From positions 1-46,069 of the forward strand of contig JBJTDB010000069.1 of assembly GCA_046092145.1 (NCBI GenBank): 46,069 bases of DNA, in the 5' to 3' direction. The notes under the pieces are model-generated. The model was not told the DNA's origin. It did no database searches and worked only from the letters and a program-made list of their open reading frames with translations. This stretch comes from Planctomycetia bacterium (GTDB lineage Bacteria; Planctomycetota; Planctomycetia; Pirellulales; UBA1268). Position 1 is the first letter of the stretch, and each line of letters starts with the position of its first letter. A program made the position numbers and the translations under genes. Below are positions 19,420-29,111 of this stretch, one piece after another.

Positions 19420-19587
19420 GGTGGCGTGGCGGCTCGCTCGGGCTGGGCCGCGGGAACGGGTAGCGGTTTTCTCCCATTACCTTGACTGAAACGACGGCAG
19501 CGGGCTACCTTCGCCGCAAAATCGCATGGAATTCCGATGCGGGCCGACAGGAACACGGCCCGTTCGCACACCCCACAGGCGACCCCG

Positions 19588-20070
19588 ATGAGCCCCTCCC
19601 AGCCACGCCCCGACATTTTCGACGTCAAGAAGGTCACGAAACTGATCGAGCTCATGAAGGAGCACGATCTTTCGGAGATTGACCTGAAACAGGGCGACAC
19701 GGCCGTGCGGCTGAAGCGGGGGGGCGAGGTCGTGGCCTTCTCCGGCCCCGCGCCCGTCGCCTCCCGGACCGCTGCGGCCGCTCCCGCCGCGCCGGCAGCG
19801 ACCGCGGAATCGGCGGCCGATTCGAAGCTGATCCTCATCAAGAGCCCGATGGTGGGCACCTTCTACCGGGCCAGCGGCCCCGACTCGGCACCGTTCGTCA
19901 AGGTCGGTGATCACATCGGCCCGGAGAAGACCGTCTGCATCGTCGAGGCGATGAAGGTGTTCAACGAGATTCCGGCGGGCGTGTCGGGGAAGGTCGTGGC
20001 GGTCCTCGTCGAAAACGGCGCACCGGTCGAGTTTGGCCAGCCGCTCATCAAGGTCGATCCCGAGGGCTGA
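19588..20070 (+). CDS. accB: Acetyl-CoA carboxylase biotin carboxyl carrier protein
   Basis: [10 protein letters not shown] and the biotinylation motif [11 protein letters not shown]. Start 19588 is inferred (alternative 19537). Confidence 0.96.
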   Translation: MSPSQPRPDIFDVKKVTKLIELMKEHDLSEIDLKQGDTAVRLKRGGEVVAFSGPAPVASRTAAAAPAAPAATAESAADSKLILIKSPMVGTFYRASGPDSAPFVKVGDHIGPEKTVCIVEAMKVFNEIPAGVSGKVVAVLVENGAPVEFGQPLIKVDPEG

Positions 20071-20114
20071 CGGTCCCTTGGAACCAAGTCATCCATGCGT
20101 GGCCGCACGAATCA

Positions 20115-21461
20115 ATGTTCAACCGGATCCTCATAGCCAACCGTGGTGAGATCGCCCTGCGGGTGATCCGTGCCTGTCGTGAAATGGGCATCGAGACGGT
20201 GGCGATCTTCAGCGAGGCCGACCGCGGCGCTCCCTATCTCGAACTGGCCGACGAGGCGATCTGCGTCGGCCCCCCCCGCGCGGCCGACAGTTACCTGCGG
20301 ATCGACCGGGTGATCAGCGCCGCCGAAATCGGCAACGTGCAGGCGATCCATCCCGGCTACGGATTCCTCTCGGAGAACTCGCACTTCGCCGAGGTGTGCC
20401 GTTCCTGCGATATCGGCTTCATCGGCCCGACGCCCGAAGCGATGGAGCGTGTGGGCGACAAGAATTCGGCCCGGGCCCTTGCCCGAGAGGCGGGCGTGCC
20501 GACGGTGCCCGGCAGCGAGGGGATCATCGGCAGCGAGCAGGAGGCGTTGAAGGTGGCCCGGGAGATCGGGTTTCCCGTGCTGCTCAAAGCCACTGCCGGC
20601 GGTGGCGGCAAGGGGATGCGTGTGGCGGCCAACGACCTCTCGCTGGCCAGCGCCTGGCAACAGGCCTCCGCCGAGGCCCAGGCGGCATTCGGCAACCCCG
20701 GCATCTACATCGAGAAATACATCGAGCGGCCGCGTCACGTCGAAATCCAGATCCTGGGCGACCAGCACGGCAACGTCTTCCACCTCTGGGAGCGGGATTG
20801 CTCGACCCAGCGACGGCATCAGAAATTGATCGAGGAGAGCCCCTCTCCGCGGCTTCCCCAGGCGACGCGGCAGAAGATGGCCGACGCGGCCGTCCGCCTT
20901 GCGAAGACGGCAAACTACTTTTCCGCCGGAACGGTCGAATTCATCGTCGACCAGCAGGACAACTTCTACTTCATCGAGGTCAATGCCCGCATCCAGGTGG
21001 AGCACCCGGTGAGCGAAATGGTGACGGGCATCGACCTGGTCAAGGCCCAGATCCGCGTGGCCGCCGGCGAGAGGCTCGACCTGAAGCAGGAGCAGATCAC
21101 GCCCCGCGGCCATGCGATCGAGTGCCGGATCAACGCCGAGGATCCCGCGGCCAACTTCCGTCCATGTCCGGGCAGGATCGACCGCATCATCGCCCCGGGC
21201 GGTTTCGGCGTCCGATGGGATTCCCATGCCACCACGGGCTACGTGGTGCCGCCGACCTACGATTCGCTCGTCGGCAAACTGATCGTCCACCAGCCGACCC
21301 GCCGCGAGGCGATCGACACCATGATCCGGGCCCTCAAGGAATTGCGGGTCGAGGGGATCAAGACCACCGTGCCGATCCACCTCGAGTTGCTTCAAAACTC
21401 CGCTTTTCACGACGCCCACATCGACACGACCTTCGTCGAACGCGTGGTGCTGGCGAAGTGA
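20115..21461 (+). CDS. accC: Acetyl-CoA carboxylase biotin carboxylase subunit
   Basis: [55 protein letters not shown]. Confidence 0.98.
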   Translation: MFNRILIANRGEIALRVIRACREMGIETVAIFSEADRGAPYLELADEAICVGPPRAADSYLRIDRVISAAEIGNVQAIHPGYGFLSENSHFAEVCRSCDIGFIGPTPEAMERVGDKNSARALAREAGVPTVPGSEGIIGSEQEALKVAREIGFPVLLKATAGGGGKGMRVAANDLSLASAWQQASAEAQAAFGNPGIYIEKYIERPRHVEIQILGDQHGNVFHLWERDCSTQRRHQKLIEESPSPRLPQATRQKMADAAVRLAKTANYFSAGTVEFIVDQQDNFYFIEVNARIQVEHPVSEMVTGIDLVKAQIRVAAGERLDLKQEQITPRGHAIECRINAEDPAANFRPCPGRIDRIIAPGGFGVRWDSHATTGYVVPPTYDSLVGKLIVHQPTRREAIDTMIRALKELRVEGIKTTVPIHLELLQNSAFHDAHIDTTFVERVVLAK

Positions 21462-21494
21462 CACGGCTCACGCACGATCGTCGGGAGTGCATGC

Positions 21495-21562
21495 GGGTCG
21501 GGGCTGCCCGTGCCATTCGCCGGCCTTGCTGGCCAGCGCAGCCATGGATTGCGGAGCGGAAG
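21495..21562. repeat. Truncated, internally inverted copy of repeat family B
   Basis: 21501-21523 is identical to 9611-9633; 21528-21562 approximates the reverse complement of ~9678-9711. Confidence 0.75.
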
Positions 21563-21618
21563 AGACCGATTCACGCACGTCGCGCGATCACATCGTTTTC
21601 TAAAATCAGGAGTTTGTC

Positions 21619-22944
21619 ATGAGTGAATCGCTGTCGCGTCCCCACCAGGCCATTCGCCAGTTCCGCCGCGTCGCCATCCTCTTCGCGGGCGGCCCGGCGC
21701 CCGGGGCCAATGCGGTGATCTCGACCGCGGCGACCTCGTTCATGCGGAACGGCACCGAGGTGATCGGCATGAAGCACGGCTATTCGTCGCTCGCCGACTT
21801 CTCGCCGTCGAGGCCGCTGGTCGAGGGGCAGGACTACGTCCGTGTCACCCCCGCCTTCCTCAAGCGGACACGGTCGGGCCAGGGCATCATGCTCGGCACC
21901 GCCCGCACCAATCCGGGCAAGCACGTCTCGTCGCCGGAGCATCTCGACGACGCGGAGCGGGTGAAGCCGCTGGCGAACGTCTACGAGGGATTGCGGTCGC
22001 TCGGGGTCGAGGCGCTGATCTCGATCGGCGGCGACGACACGCTCAAGTCGGCGAACAAGTTCAAGCTCTACCAGGACCGACTCCAGGCCCAGGGGCGGCT
22101 GGCCGAGTCGGCCCGAATCCCGGTCGTCCACCTGCCGAAGACGATCGACAACGACTACATGGGGATCGATTTTACGTTCGGCTACTTCACCGCCGTCGAT
22201 ACGCTCGGAAGCGAGATCCGCAACCTGCTCTACGATGCGGATGCCAGCCGTTCCTACTTCCTCTGCGAGACGATGGGCCGAAGCGCCGGATGGCTCTCCT
22301 ATGGGGCGGCGATCGCCGGTGAGGCGAGCCTCGTGATGAGCGTGGAGGATATCCATGGCAAGTACCGGAGCGAGGAGACCGTCACCGACACCGACGGGCG
22401 GACCCGGGTGAAGCCGGTGATGAATATCGACGAAGTCGTCAACCGGATCGTGAAGACGATGCGGGTCCGCGAGGAGCAGGAGGGGAAGCAGTACGGTGTG
22501 ATCGTGATGGCCGAGGGGCTCGCCGAATACCTTCCGTCGAAAGCTCTCGAGGGAGTTCCGCGGGACGAGCACGGGCACATCTCGATCTCCCACATCCAGC
22601 TCGGCCGCATGTTCGCCAAGCTCGTCGCGGACGAGTACAAGCGGCAGACGGGCCGGTCGCGAAAGGTCGTCGGTCTGCAACTCGGCTACGAGGCTCGCTG
22701 CGCCAAGCCGCATGCCTTCGACGTGATGCTTGGAAGCCAGCTCGGGGTCGGTGCCTACCGGGCGCTCGCTGAGCGGGGGCTCGACGGCGTGATGGTGAGC
22801 GTGTCGGGCCAACTCGACCTCAATTACGTGCCGTTCGAAGAACTGGTCGACCCGAGCACGCTGGTCACGGTCGTGCGGTACGTCGAGCGAGGCAGCGACT
22901 TCCACAGCCTCGCCCGGTTCCTCGAGACCTTCGTCAACGAGTAG
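21619..22944 (+). CDS. pfp: 6-phosphofructokinase, probably pyrophosphate-dependent
   Basis: GGPAPGANAVI, GGDDT and PKTIDND (Asp/Lys PPi signature), ETMGR, LGYEAR. AGGAG RBS. Confidence 0.85.
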   Translation: MSESLSRPHQAIRQFRRVAILFAGGPAPGANAVISTAATSFMRNGTEVIGMKHGYSSLADFSPSRPLVEGQDYVRVTPAFLKRTRSGQGIMLGTARTNPGKHVSSPEHLDDAERVKPLANVYEGLRSLGVEALISIGGDDTLKSANKFKLYQDRLQAQGRLAESARIPVVHLPKTIDNDYMGIDFTFGYFTAVDTLGSEIRNLLYDADASRSYFLCETMGRSAGWLSYGAAIAGEASLVMSVEDIHGKYRSEETVTDTDGRTRVKPVMNIDEVVNRIVKTMRVREEQEGKQYGVIVMAEGLAEYLPSKALEGVPRDEHGHISISHIQLGRMFAKLVADEYKRQTGRSRKVVGLQLGYEARCAKPHAFDVMLGSQLGVGAYRALAERGLDGVMVSVSGQLDLNYVPFEELVDPSTLVTVVRYVERGSDFHSLARFLETFVNE

Positions 22945-22950
22945 ATCGCA

Positions 22951-24738
22951 ATGCCCAAGGCTCCATCGAGCACGACCGGCACGCTCAAGATCGGCGACCA
23001 GTGGAACGCGATCACGATCATCGCCCACTCGCAGACCCACCCCCTCAAGGCGATCTGTGAACTGACCGAGAACGCCATCGACGCCGGGGCATCCCACGTG
23101 CGGATCCTTCGACGTCGCTCGAGGGGCCGGCTCTATCTCGAAGTCGAGGACGACGGCCGGGGCGTGGCGCCGGATGAGTCGGGAGTGCCCGACTTCCAGC
23201 GGATCGCCACCCACCTGTGCGACTCGATGAAGCGGCATCTCGACGCCACGCACCGCCGCGGCGTGCATGGCGAATTCGGGATCGGGCTGCTCAGTTTCTG
23301 GAGCCTCGGCGAGGAGCTGCGGATGATCTCCGGGGGCGATGGCGTGCCGCTTCGCGAGCTCTGTCTCGCCCGGGGCAAGCGGCAGTACGCCATTCGGCCG
23401 GTTCGGGGGCGGCTGGCGACGGGTGGCACACGGATCGTCGTCGGGCCGCTGCTCGATGCCACGAAGAGCCTCGTCACCGGCGAGAAGATCGCCCGCTACC
23501 TCTCGGCTGAATTGCGGGATCGCATCCGTCGCACGGGCGTGGCGATCGACGTGGCCGACCAGGTGGCCCGGAAGCAGGTGCGGGTCACGCCCCGTGAGTT
23601 CGACGGCGAGCGGCTCGAAATCCCACGGCGGTATCCGACTCCGTTGGGCGACGTGAGCGTGGAGATCTACGTCCGTGGCGACGATTCCGCCGACGCCGCA
23701 GGCATCTCCCTCTGCAAGGATGGAACCCGCGTCCTGGGAAGCATCACGGAATTGCTCCCCTTCCAGCACACGCCGTGGGACGACCGCCGGCTCGCCGGGC
23801 TCGTCGATGTCGAGCCGCTCTCGCTCGCGCCAGGAACCCGTTCGGGGATCGTGCCGGATGCCGCATTCAATGCCCTCGTCGAGGTCGCCCCTGCCATCGA
23901 ACGAGACATTCTGGAGGTGCTCGGCAGCCGCGAGCAGGCCGAGGCGGAGCGGGCGAGCCGGCACCTGCTCAAGCAGGTTCACAAGGCATTCGCATCGGCG
24001 CTGGCCGACCTGCCGGCGGAGGAATACCTCTTCTTCGATATCCCCAAAAAATCCGACGAGCTTCAGCCGCAGCCGGGCTCGGCCGGCGGGCCGCTCTCCC
24101 TCCGCGGCCGTGATCCCGACGACCCGGCGCCCGGCGTCGAGGCCACTCCGCCGGCCCGCGTTGTGCCCGAACCGGGTCCACTGGCGACGATCCGCATCTC
24201 ACCACGGCATGCGCGTCGCGAGCCGGGCCGCGGCTGTCGGCTGGTGGCGGTCGCCCGCGACGAACACGGGACCGAAGTCGTGGAGGGGCTCACCTGGGCG
24301 TGGCGGGTCGTTGCCGGCGAGGCGACGCTCCAGGCTGACGGCACGTCCTGCGAGATCATGTCGCAGGGTGTCGGGATCGTGGCCGTCGAGGCCATTGCTC
24401 GACAGTGGCTGATCGAGGCGAACGATCGGGTGGACGTGAAGTTCGTGGAGCAGGCGGCCGGCGATGGCGATGGAGGCCGTGGACTCCCTTCCTACCGCCT
24501 GGAGGCCGAGCACGGTCAGCCGTGGCGGTCGCGGTACGATCCGCGGGCCAACGAGATCATCATCAATTCGGCCCATCGTGACTTTCTCGCCAGTCGGACA
24601 TCGGCCGCCAGGCATCGCCGCTACATCGGCAAGCTCTATGCGAAAGAGGTCGTGCTCTCGAACTTTCCGCACGAGTCGCCGGCCGAGGTGATGGAGCGGC
24701 TCATCGAGTTGACGCTCCGCACCGAGGACGCTCTCTGA
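22951..24738 (+). CDS. Uncharacterised GHKL (MORC/Hsp90-like) ATPase with C-terminal Ig-like domain
   Basis: Bergerat motifs ELTENAIDA, EDDGRG, GEFGIG, GGTRI; later ATIRISP...G.GCRLVAVARDEHG (Big_2-like) and IIINSAHRDF. Confidence 0.85.
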   Translation: MPKAPSSTTGTLKIGDQWNAITIIAHSQTHPLKAICELTENAIDAGASHVRILRRRSRGRLYLEVEDDGRGVAPDESGVPDFQRIATHLCDSMKRHLDATHRRGVHGEFGIGLLSFWSLGEELRMISGGDGVPLRELCLARGKRQYAIRPVRGRLATGGTRIVVGPLLDATKSLVTGEKIARYLSAELRDRIRRTGVAIDVADQVARKQVRVTPREFDGERLEIPRRYPTPLGDVSVEIYVRGDDSADAAGISLCKDGTRVLGSITELLPFQHTPWDDRRLAGLVDVEPLSLAPGTRSGIVPDAAFNALVEVAPAIERDILEVLGSREQAEAERASRHLLKQVHKAFASALADLPAEEYLFFDIPKKSDELQPQPGSAGGPLSLRGRDPDDPAPGVEATPPARVVPEPGPLATIRISPRHARREPGRGCRLVAVARDEHGTEVVEGLTWAWRVVAGEATLQADGTSCEIMSQGVGIVAVEAIARQWLIEANDRVDVKFVEQAAGDGDGGRGLPSYRLEAEHGQPWRSRYDPRANEIIINSAHRDFLASRTSAARHRRYIGKLYAKEVVLSNFPHESPAEVMERLIELTLRTEDAL

Positions 24739-24758
24739 CGGATCAGGGAGAGTCCGTA

Positions 24759-25355
24759 TCACTCGGTCGTGAGCGTGCCCTTCGTGCTCGGGATGCCCGG
24801 CTGTCGGGGGTCGGGCTCGACCGCGGCGCGGAGCGCCCGGGCGGCAGCCTTGAAGACGGCCTCGGCGATGTGATGGCCATTGCGGCCGTGGTGCAGGACG
24901 GCGTGGATGTTGGCCCCGGCGGTCGCGGCCACGCTCTCCCAGAAAACCTCGACGAGTTGGGCGTCGAAACTGCCGATCACGGGAACCGGACAGTCGACCG
25001 CGAATACGCAGGCGGCCCGACCGCCGAGATCGACGGCCACGGTCGCCATCGCTTCGTCCATCGGAATGATCGCGTGGCCGTAGCGGCGGATGCCGCGTCG
25101 ATCACCGAGGCATTCCTTGATCGCCGTGCCGAAGCAGCGGCCGACATCCTCGACGGTGTGGTGGCCATCGACATGCAGATCACCATCGCAGCGAATCTCG
25201 AGATCGAAGAGCGAGTGGCCGGCCAGCAGCGTCAGCATGTGGTCGAAGAAGCCGAGGCCGGTCCGGATCGTGGCCGTGCCCGCGCCGTCGAGGTTCAACG
25301 ACAGGGCGATGTCCGTTTCGGCGGTCTTTCGGGAAAGGGTGGCGGTGCGGGCCAT
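24759..25355 (-). CDS. hisB: Imidazoleglycerol-phosphate dehydratase
   Basis: RKTAETDI, GFFDHML, DGHHTVED, PMDEA, NGHHIAEAVFKA, IPSTKG. Confidence 0.98.
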   Translation of the reverse strand: MARTATLSRKTAETDIALSLNLDGAGTATIRTGLGFFDHMLTLLAGHSLFDLEIRCDGDLHVDGHHTVEDVGRCFGTAIKECLGDRRGIRRYGHAIIPMDEAMATVAVDLGGRAACVFAVDCPVPVIGSFDAQLVEVFWESVAATAGANIHAVLHHGRNGHHIAEAVFKAAARALRAAVEPDPRQPGIPSTKGTLTTE

Positions 25356-25386
25356 GTCGTGGGCTCCACGGGGAGGGATTTCGTGT

Positions 25387-26472
25387 TCAGATCGTCTTGA
25401 GGCAGGCGAGGAAGGCGTCGATCTCTTCGTCGGTGCCGACGGTGACCCGGAGGCCGTCGCCCCAGCCGGGGTAGTTCATGTAGCGAATCAGGAGTCCCTG
25501 CTGTTTAAGCGCTTCGTAGACCGGCTTGTGCGGCCGCTCCGGGTGGGTGCACCAGACGAAATTCGCCTGGCTTTCCACGGCGTCGTAGCCGAGCGATCGC
25601 ATGACGTCGGTGAGCCGGCGGCGCGTGGCGATGATCCTCGTGCGATTGTCGGCCAGCCAGGCCTGATCATCGATCGCCGCCGTGGCGGCCGCGATCGAGA
25701 GGGTGTCGCAGTTGTAGGAGTCCTTCACCTTCTGCAGTTGATCGATCACGTGCGGCTGGGCGACGGCGAATCCGAACCGAAGGCCGGCCAGCGCGTAGGA
25801 CTTGCTGAACGAACGGGTGACGATGACGCGATCGTTCTCCCGGACGAGATCGAGGCAGTTGGCGTCGGCGAAATCGCCATAGGCTTCGTCTACGACCACG
25901 GCACACGGCAGCCGCCGTGCGAGTTCGCGGACACGGGCTGGCGGCACGAGCGTCCCCGACGGGCTGTTGGGGTTGGCGATGATCGCCAGTTTCACGTCGG
26001 GCCCTGCCGCCGCCTCGGGCGCGGCGAATCGATCACCCAGCGACCAGTCGGGCTCGAAGCGGACCTCCTCGCACGACGCCCCTTGGATGCCCGCGAGCGT
26101 GCGGTAGAGGATGTAGCTCGGGGAAGGCGCCCGCATCCACTCCCCCGCTCCGACGAACGTCCTCACGAGGATCGTGAGCAGATCGTCGCTGCCGTTGCCG
26201 CACAGGATCCAATCGGGCTCGATGCCGAGCACCTCGGCGGCTCGCATCCGAAAGACGGTGGCGAGCGGATCGGGGTATTTGGCGAGCGTGCGACCGGCGA
26301 CCGTGGCGGCGATGGCCCGGGCCACGGCCGGTGACGGCGCGTAGGGATTCTCGTTGGTGTTGAGCTTGATCCACTTGCCCCCTTGGGGCTGTTCGCCCGG
26401 CACGTAGCCGGCCAGCGACGAGATGTCGGCGCGGACGAGAGACGCGGCGGAAGAGTCGCGAAACAGCGGCAT
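25387..26472 (-). CDS. hisC: Histidinol-phosphate aminotransferase
   Basis: YVPGEQP, KLNTNENPY, GNGSDD, NPNSPSG, VDEAY, RSFSKSYALAGLRFG. Confidence 0.97.
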   Translation of the reverse strand: MPLFRDSSAASLVRADISSLAGYVPGEQPQGGKWIKLNTNENPYAPSPAVARAIAATVAGRTLAKYPDPLATVFRMRAAEVLGIEPDWILCGNGSDDLLTILVRTFVGAGEWMRAPSPSYILYRTLAGIQGASCEEVRFEPDWSLGDRFAAPEAAAGPDVKLAIIANPNSPSGTLVPPARVRELARRLPCAVVVDEAYGDFADANCLDLVRENDRVIVTRSFSKSYALAGLRFGFAVAQPHVIDQLQKVKDSYNCDTLSIAAATAAIDDQAWLADNRTRIIATRRRLTDVMRSLGYDAVESQANFVWCTHPERPHKPVYEALKQQGLLIRYMNYPGWGDGLRVTVGTDEEIDAFLACLKTI

Positions 26473-26560
26473 AGTGAGGAGTGTAGCCCACGAGCGGTCG
26501 AAAGCCGCGTCGAGGCCACAGAGGCGTCACAATCGATCCAAAGCCACCGATCGAGCCACG

Positions 26561-27931
26561 TCAGGCCGGGTTCGATCGGGCATCGACGCTGCGGCGGTGG
26601 GCGGTGAGGCCCTCGACGTCGGCCAGGAGCCGGATGTCGGCGGCCATGTCGGCGAGGTCCGATGCGGCCAGATGGATCACGCTGCCGCCGCGGAGAAAGT
26701 GGTTGGCCGAAAGGCCGGCGGCAAACCGGGCCGTGCTCCCGGTCGGGAGGACGTGCGAGGGGCCCGCCGCGTAGTCGCCGGCGGCGACGGGGCTCCATGG
26801 GCCGAGGAAGGCGGCGCCCGCGTGGCGGATCCTCGAGAGCGTGTCCTCGGGATCACGGGTGTCGATCGAGAGGTGTTCCGGCGCCAGGTCGTCGGCCAGC
26901 GCCGCCGATTCCTCGTCGCTCCGGGTCACCACGATCGCCCCGAACCGTTCCAGGCTGTCGCGGGTGAGATCGGCCCGTTCGAGGACGGCCAGCCGCGCGG
27001 CGAGCACCGTCGCCACCCGGTCGGCCAGCGCCGCCGAGGACGTGAGCAGGATTGCGGAGCCGGGCGAGTGCTCGGCCTGGGCCAGCATGTCGGCGGCGAT
27101 GAATTCGGGCCGGGCCCCATCGTCTGCCACGATCACAATCTCGCTCGGACCGGCGATCGAATCGATCGAGACGTCGCCGAAGACATGCTCCTTGGCCAGG
27201 GCGACGAACAGGTTGCCCGGGCCGACGATCGTATCGACCCGCGGGAGCCCCTCGATCCCGTAGGCCATCGCGGCGACGGCCTGCGCGCCGCCGGCCCGCA
27301 CGACCGTCGTGATGCCGAGTTCGTGGCATGTGGCGAGTACATGGGGATTCTCGGAGCCGAATCGCGTCGGTGGAGCGACGACCACGATCTCAGGCACGCC
27401 CGCCACCCGTGCCGGTACCACGGTCATCAGGAGCGTCGAGGGGTAGGCTGCCGCGCCGCCCGGCACGCACACCCCGGCACGATCGAGGGGCAGATACCGC
27501 TGCCGGAGCGCGCCGCCGCCGGGGAGCCGCACCTCGACGTCACGGGCGAGTACCGCCTGCTGGAACAATTCGATGCGGTCCTTGATGCGACGGATGGCGG
27601 CAAGGAAGTCGGGGGCGGCTTCGGAGTGGGCTTTCGCGAGCGTCGCACGCGAGACGACGATGTCGTCGCGGCTCATCGCCACGCCGTCGATCCGACGGGT
27701 GTAGTCGAGCACCGCCTCGATGCCCCGCTTCCGCACCTCGCCGCAGATCCGTTCGACGACCTGCCTCGGCGAGAGCGGCTCACCAAAGACGTCGATCGTG
27801 CGCTGGCGGCCCGCCGGGCTCACGAGTTCTCCCTGCGAGGCGAGCGTCTGCCGAAGGGCGTCGAGATCGCCGCGGCCGCCAGGGGTCGACAGATCGATGC
27901 GACGGCACGGATGAGCGGCGGAAGAAGCCAT
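26561..27931 (-). CDS. hisD: Histidinol dehydrogenase
   Basis: VPGGAAAYPST, GGAQAVAA, GPGNLFV, IDSIAGPSE, DMLAQAEH, APEHL, GDYAAGPSHVLPT. Confidence 0.97.
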   Translation of the reverse strand: MASSAAHPCRRIDLSTPGGRGDLDALRQTLASQGELVSPAGRQRTIDVFGEPLSPRQVVERICGEVRKRGIEAVLDYTRRIDGVAMSRDDIVVSRATLAKAHSEAAPDFLAAIRRIKDRIELFQQAVLARDVEVRLPGGGALRQRYLPLDRAGVCVPGGAAAYPSTLLMTVVPARVAGVPEIVVVAPPTRFGSENPHVLATCHELGITTVVRAGGAQAVAAMAYGIEGLPRVDTIVGPGNLFVALAKEHVFGDVSIDSIAGPSEIVIVADDGARPEFIAADMLAQAEHSPGSAILLTSSAALADRVATVLAARLAVLERADLTRDSLERFGAIVVTRSDEESAALADDLAPEHLSIDTRDPEDTLSRIRHAGAAFLGPWSPVAAGDYAAGPSHVLPTGSTARFAAGLSANHFLRGGSVIHLAASDLADMAADIRLLADVEGLTAHRRSVDARSNPA

Positions 27932-28003
27932 GGTTCCCAAAGGATACCTGCGATCGACGCCGTGGCGAGGCGATGCGTCGAGCCCGCAGAAACGGGCGAG
28001 GGA

Positions 28004-28924
28004 TCAGCGATTGCCAGCCGGCGGCATGGCGGCCAGGCCCGTGGTCTCGGGATGCCACCGCCCATTCCATCGCTCGGCGAGCCAGGCGAAGGTGGGGTCG
28101 GGGGCGGCGTCGTGGCCGCGGTCGCCCGAGATCTCGCGGAGGGCCAGCATGCCTTCGTCAGCCACGCGATCCGAGAGGCGTGGATCGATCGATGCGATGC
28201 CACCGATCGCCCGTGTGGCGGCCTCCTCGCGATCGAGCGCCACCAGCACGATCGCCTGACGCAGCAATGGCTCCGGTATGTCGGGGGCGATGTCGGCGGC
28301 CCGACGGTAGGCGGAGAGCGCAGCAGACAACTTTCTGCGATCGGCGAAGCCGTCCCGCAGGTGCCGGTCACCCGCCTCGATGGCGTTGTGCGCCCGCCGA
28401 CGGGCGTCGGCGTTGCTCATGCGGAGCGGTCGCTCCCGATCGGTCATCGCCAGGCGCGGTGCCGACCTTGGAGCCGCGACCACAGGCCGGCAGCGAGTCG
28501 CGACGGGGTGCCAGGGGACGGGTGCGAGCCAGGGGGTCACTCTGCCTGAAAAGAACGTCGCCGAGAAGCCCGGTGAGACGGACAGGAAAACAGTCTCGCT
28601 GCAGGCGTACTGCCAAGTGCCATGCCATCCACAGCCGCACACCGGCATCGCCCAGCCATGGCATGGCGAAGGCATACAGACTCGAGGCAGGCATGGCCGC
28701 CAGCATGGCCCACACGCGGATTGCGGCACCGCGCACCACGGCGGCGAGGATGGGAGCCCATGGACCCACCGGCTGTAGCCGGCCGCGAAACCGGCGTTTC
28801 CGTAAGCAAACGTCGGCATCGGGGCGACGCAGTCCGGAGCGTGACCAAACCCCACGGCTGAAGTCATCGTGATAACGATGGCGATCATCCAGCCGGCGAC
28901 AACGCGTCGCGATGTGATGCACAT
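28004..28924 (-). CDS. Hypothetical exported protein: Cys/Pro/Trp-rich N-terminal region and C-terminal TPR-like helices
   Basis: Signal-like VVAGWMIAIVITMTSAVGFG; C-terminal ARRRA...AGDRHL...ALSAYRRAADIAPD..EPLLRQAIVLVAL. Start uncertain (28924 or 28969). Confidence 0.65.
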   Translation of the reverse strand: MCITSRRVVAGWMIAIVITMTSAVGFGHAPDCVAPMPTFAYGNAGFAAGYSRWVHGLPSSPPWCAVPQSACGPCWRPCLPRVCMPSPCHGWAMPVCGCGWHGTWQYACSETVFLSVSPGFSATFFSGRVTPWLAPVPWHPVATRCRPVVAAPRSAPRLAMTDRERPLRMSNADARRRAHNAIEAGDRHLRDGFADRRKLSAALSAYRRAADIAPDIPEPLLRQAIVLVALDREEAATRAIGGIASIDPRLSDRVADEGMLALREISGDRGHDAAPDPTFAWLAERWNGRWHPETTGLAAMPPAGNR

Positions 28925-29111
28925 GACCGCATGTCTCCCGGGAAAGGAGCGAGCGAAAAGCCTTTTCATCCGTTGTAGCCGAGGTGATCCATCCGTGTCG
29001 ATAAATCGGTTCGTGGTTTTTCCGCTGAGTCTGGCATCGGGCGGGCCGTTTGAGCCCGATCGGCGGCATGGGTAGGCTCGGGACCTCGGATCGCCCCCTC
29101 CAGGTTCGCCC

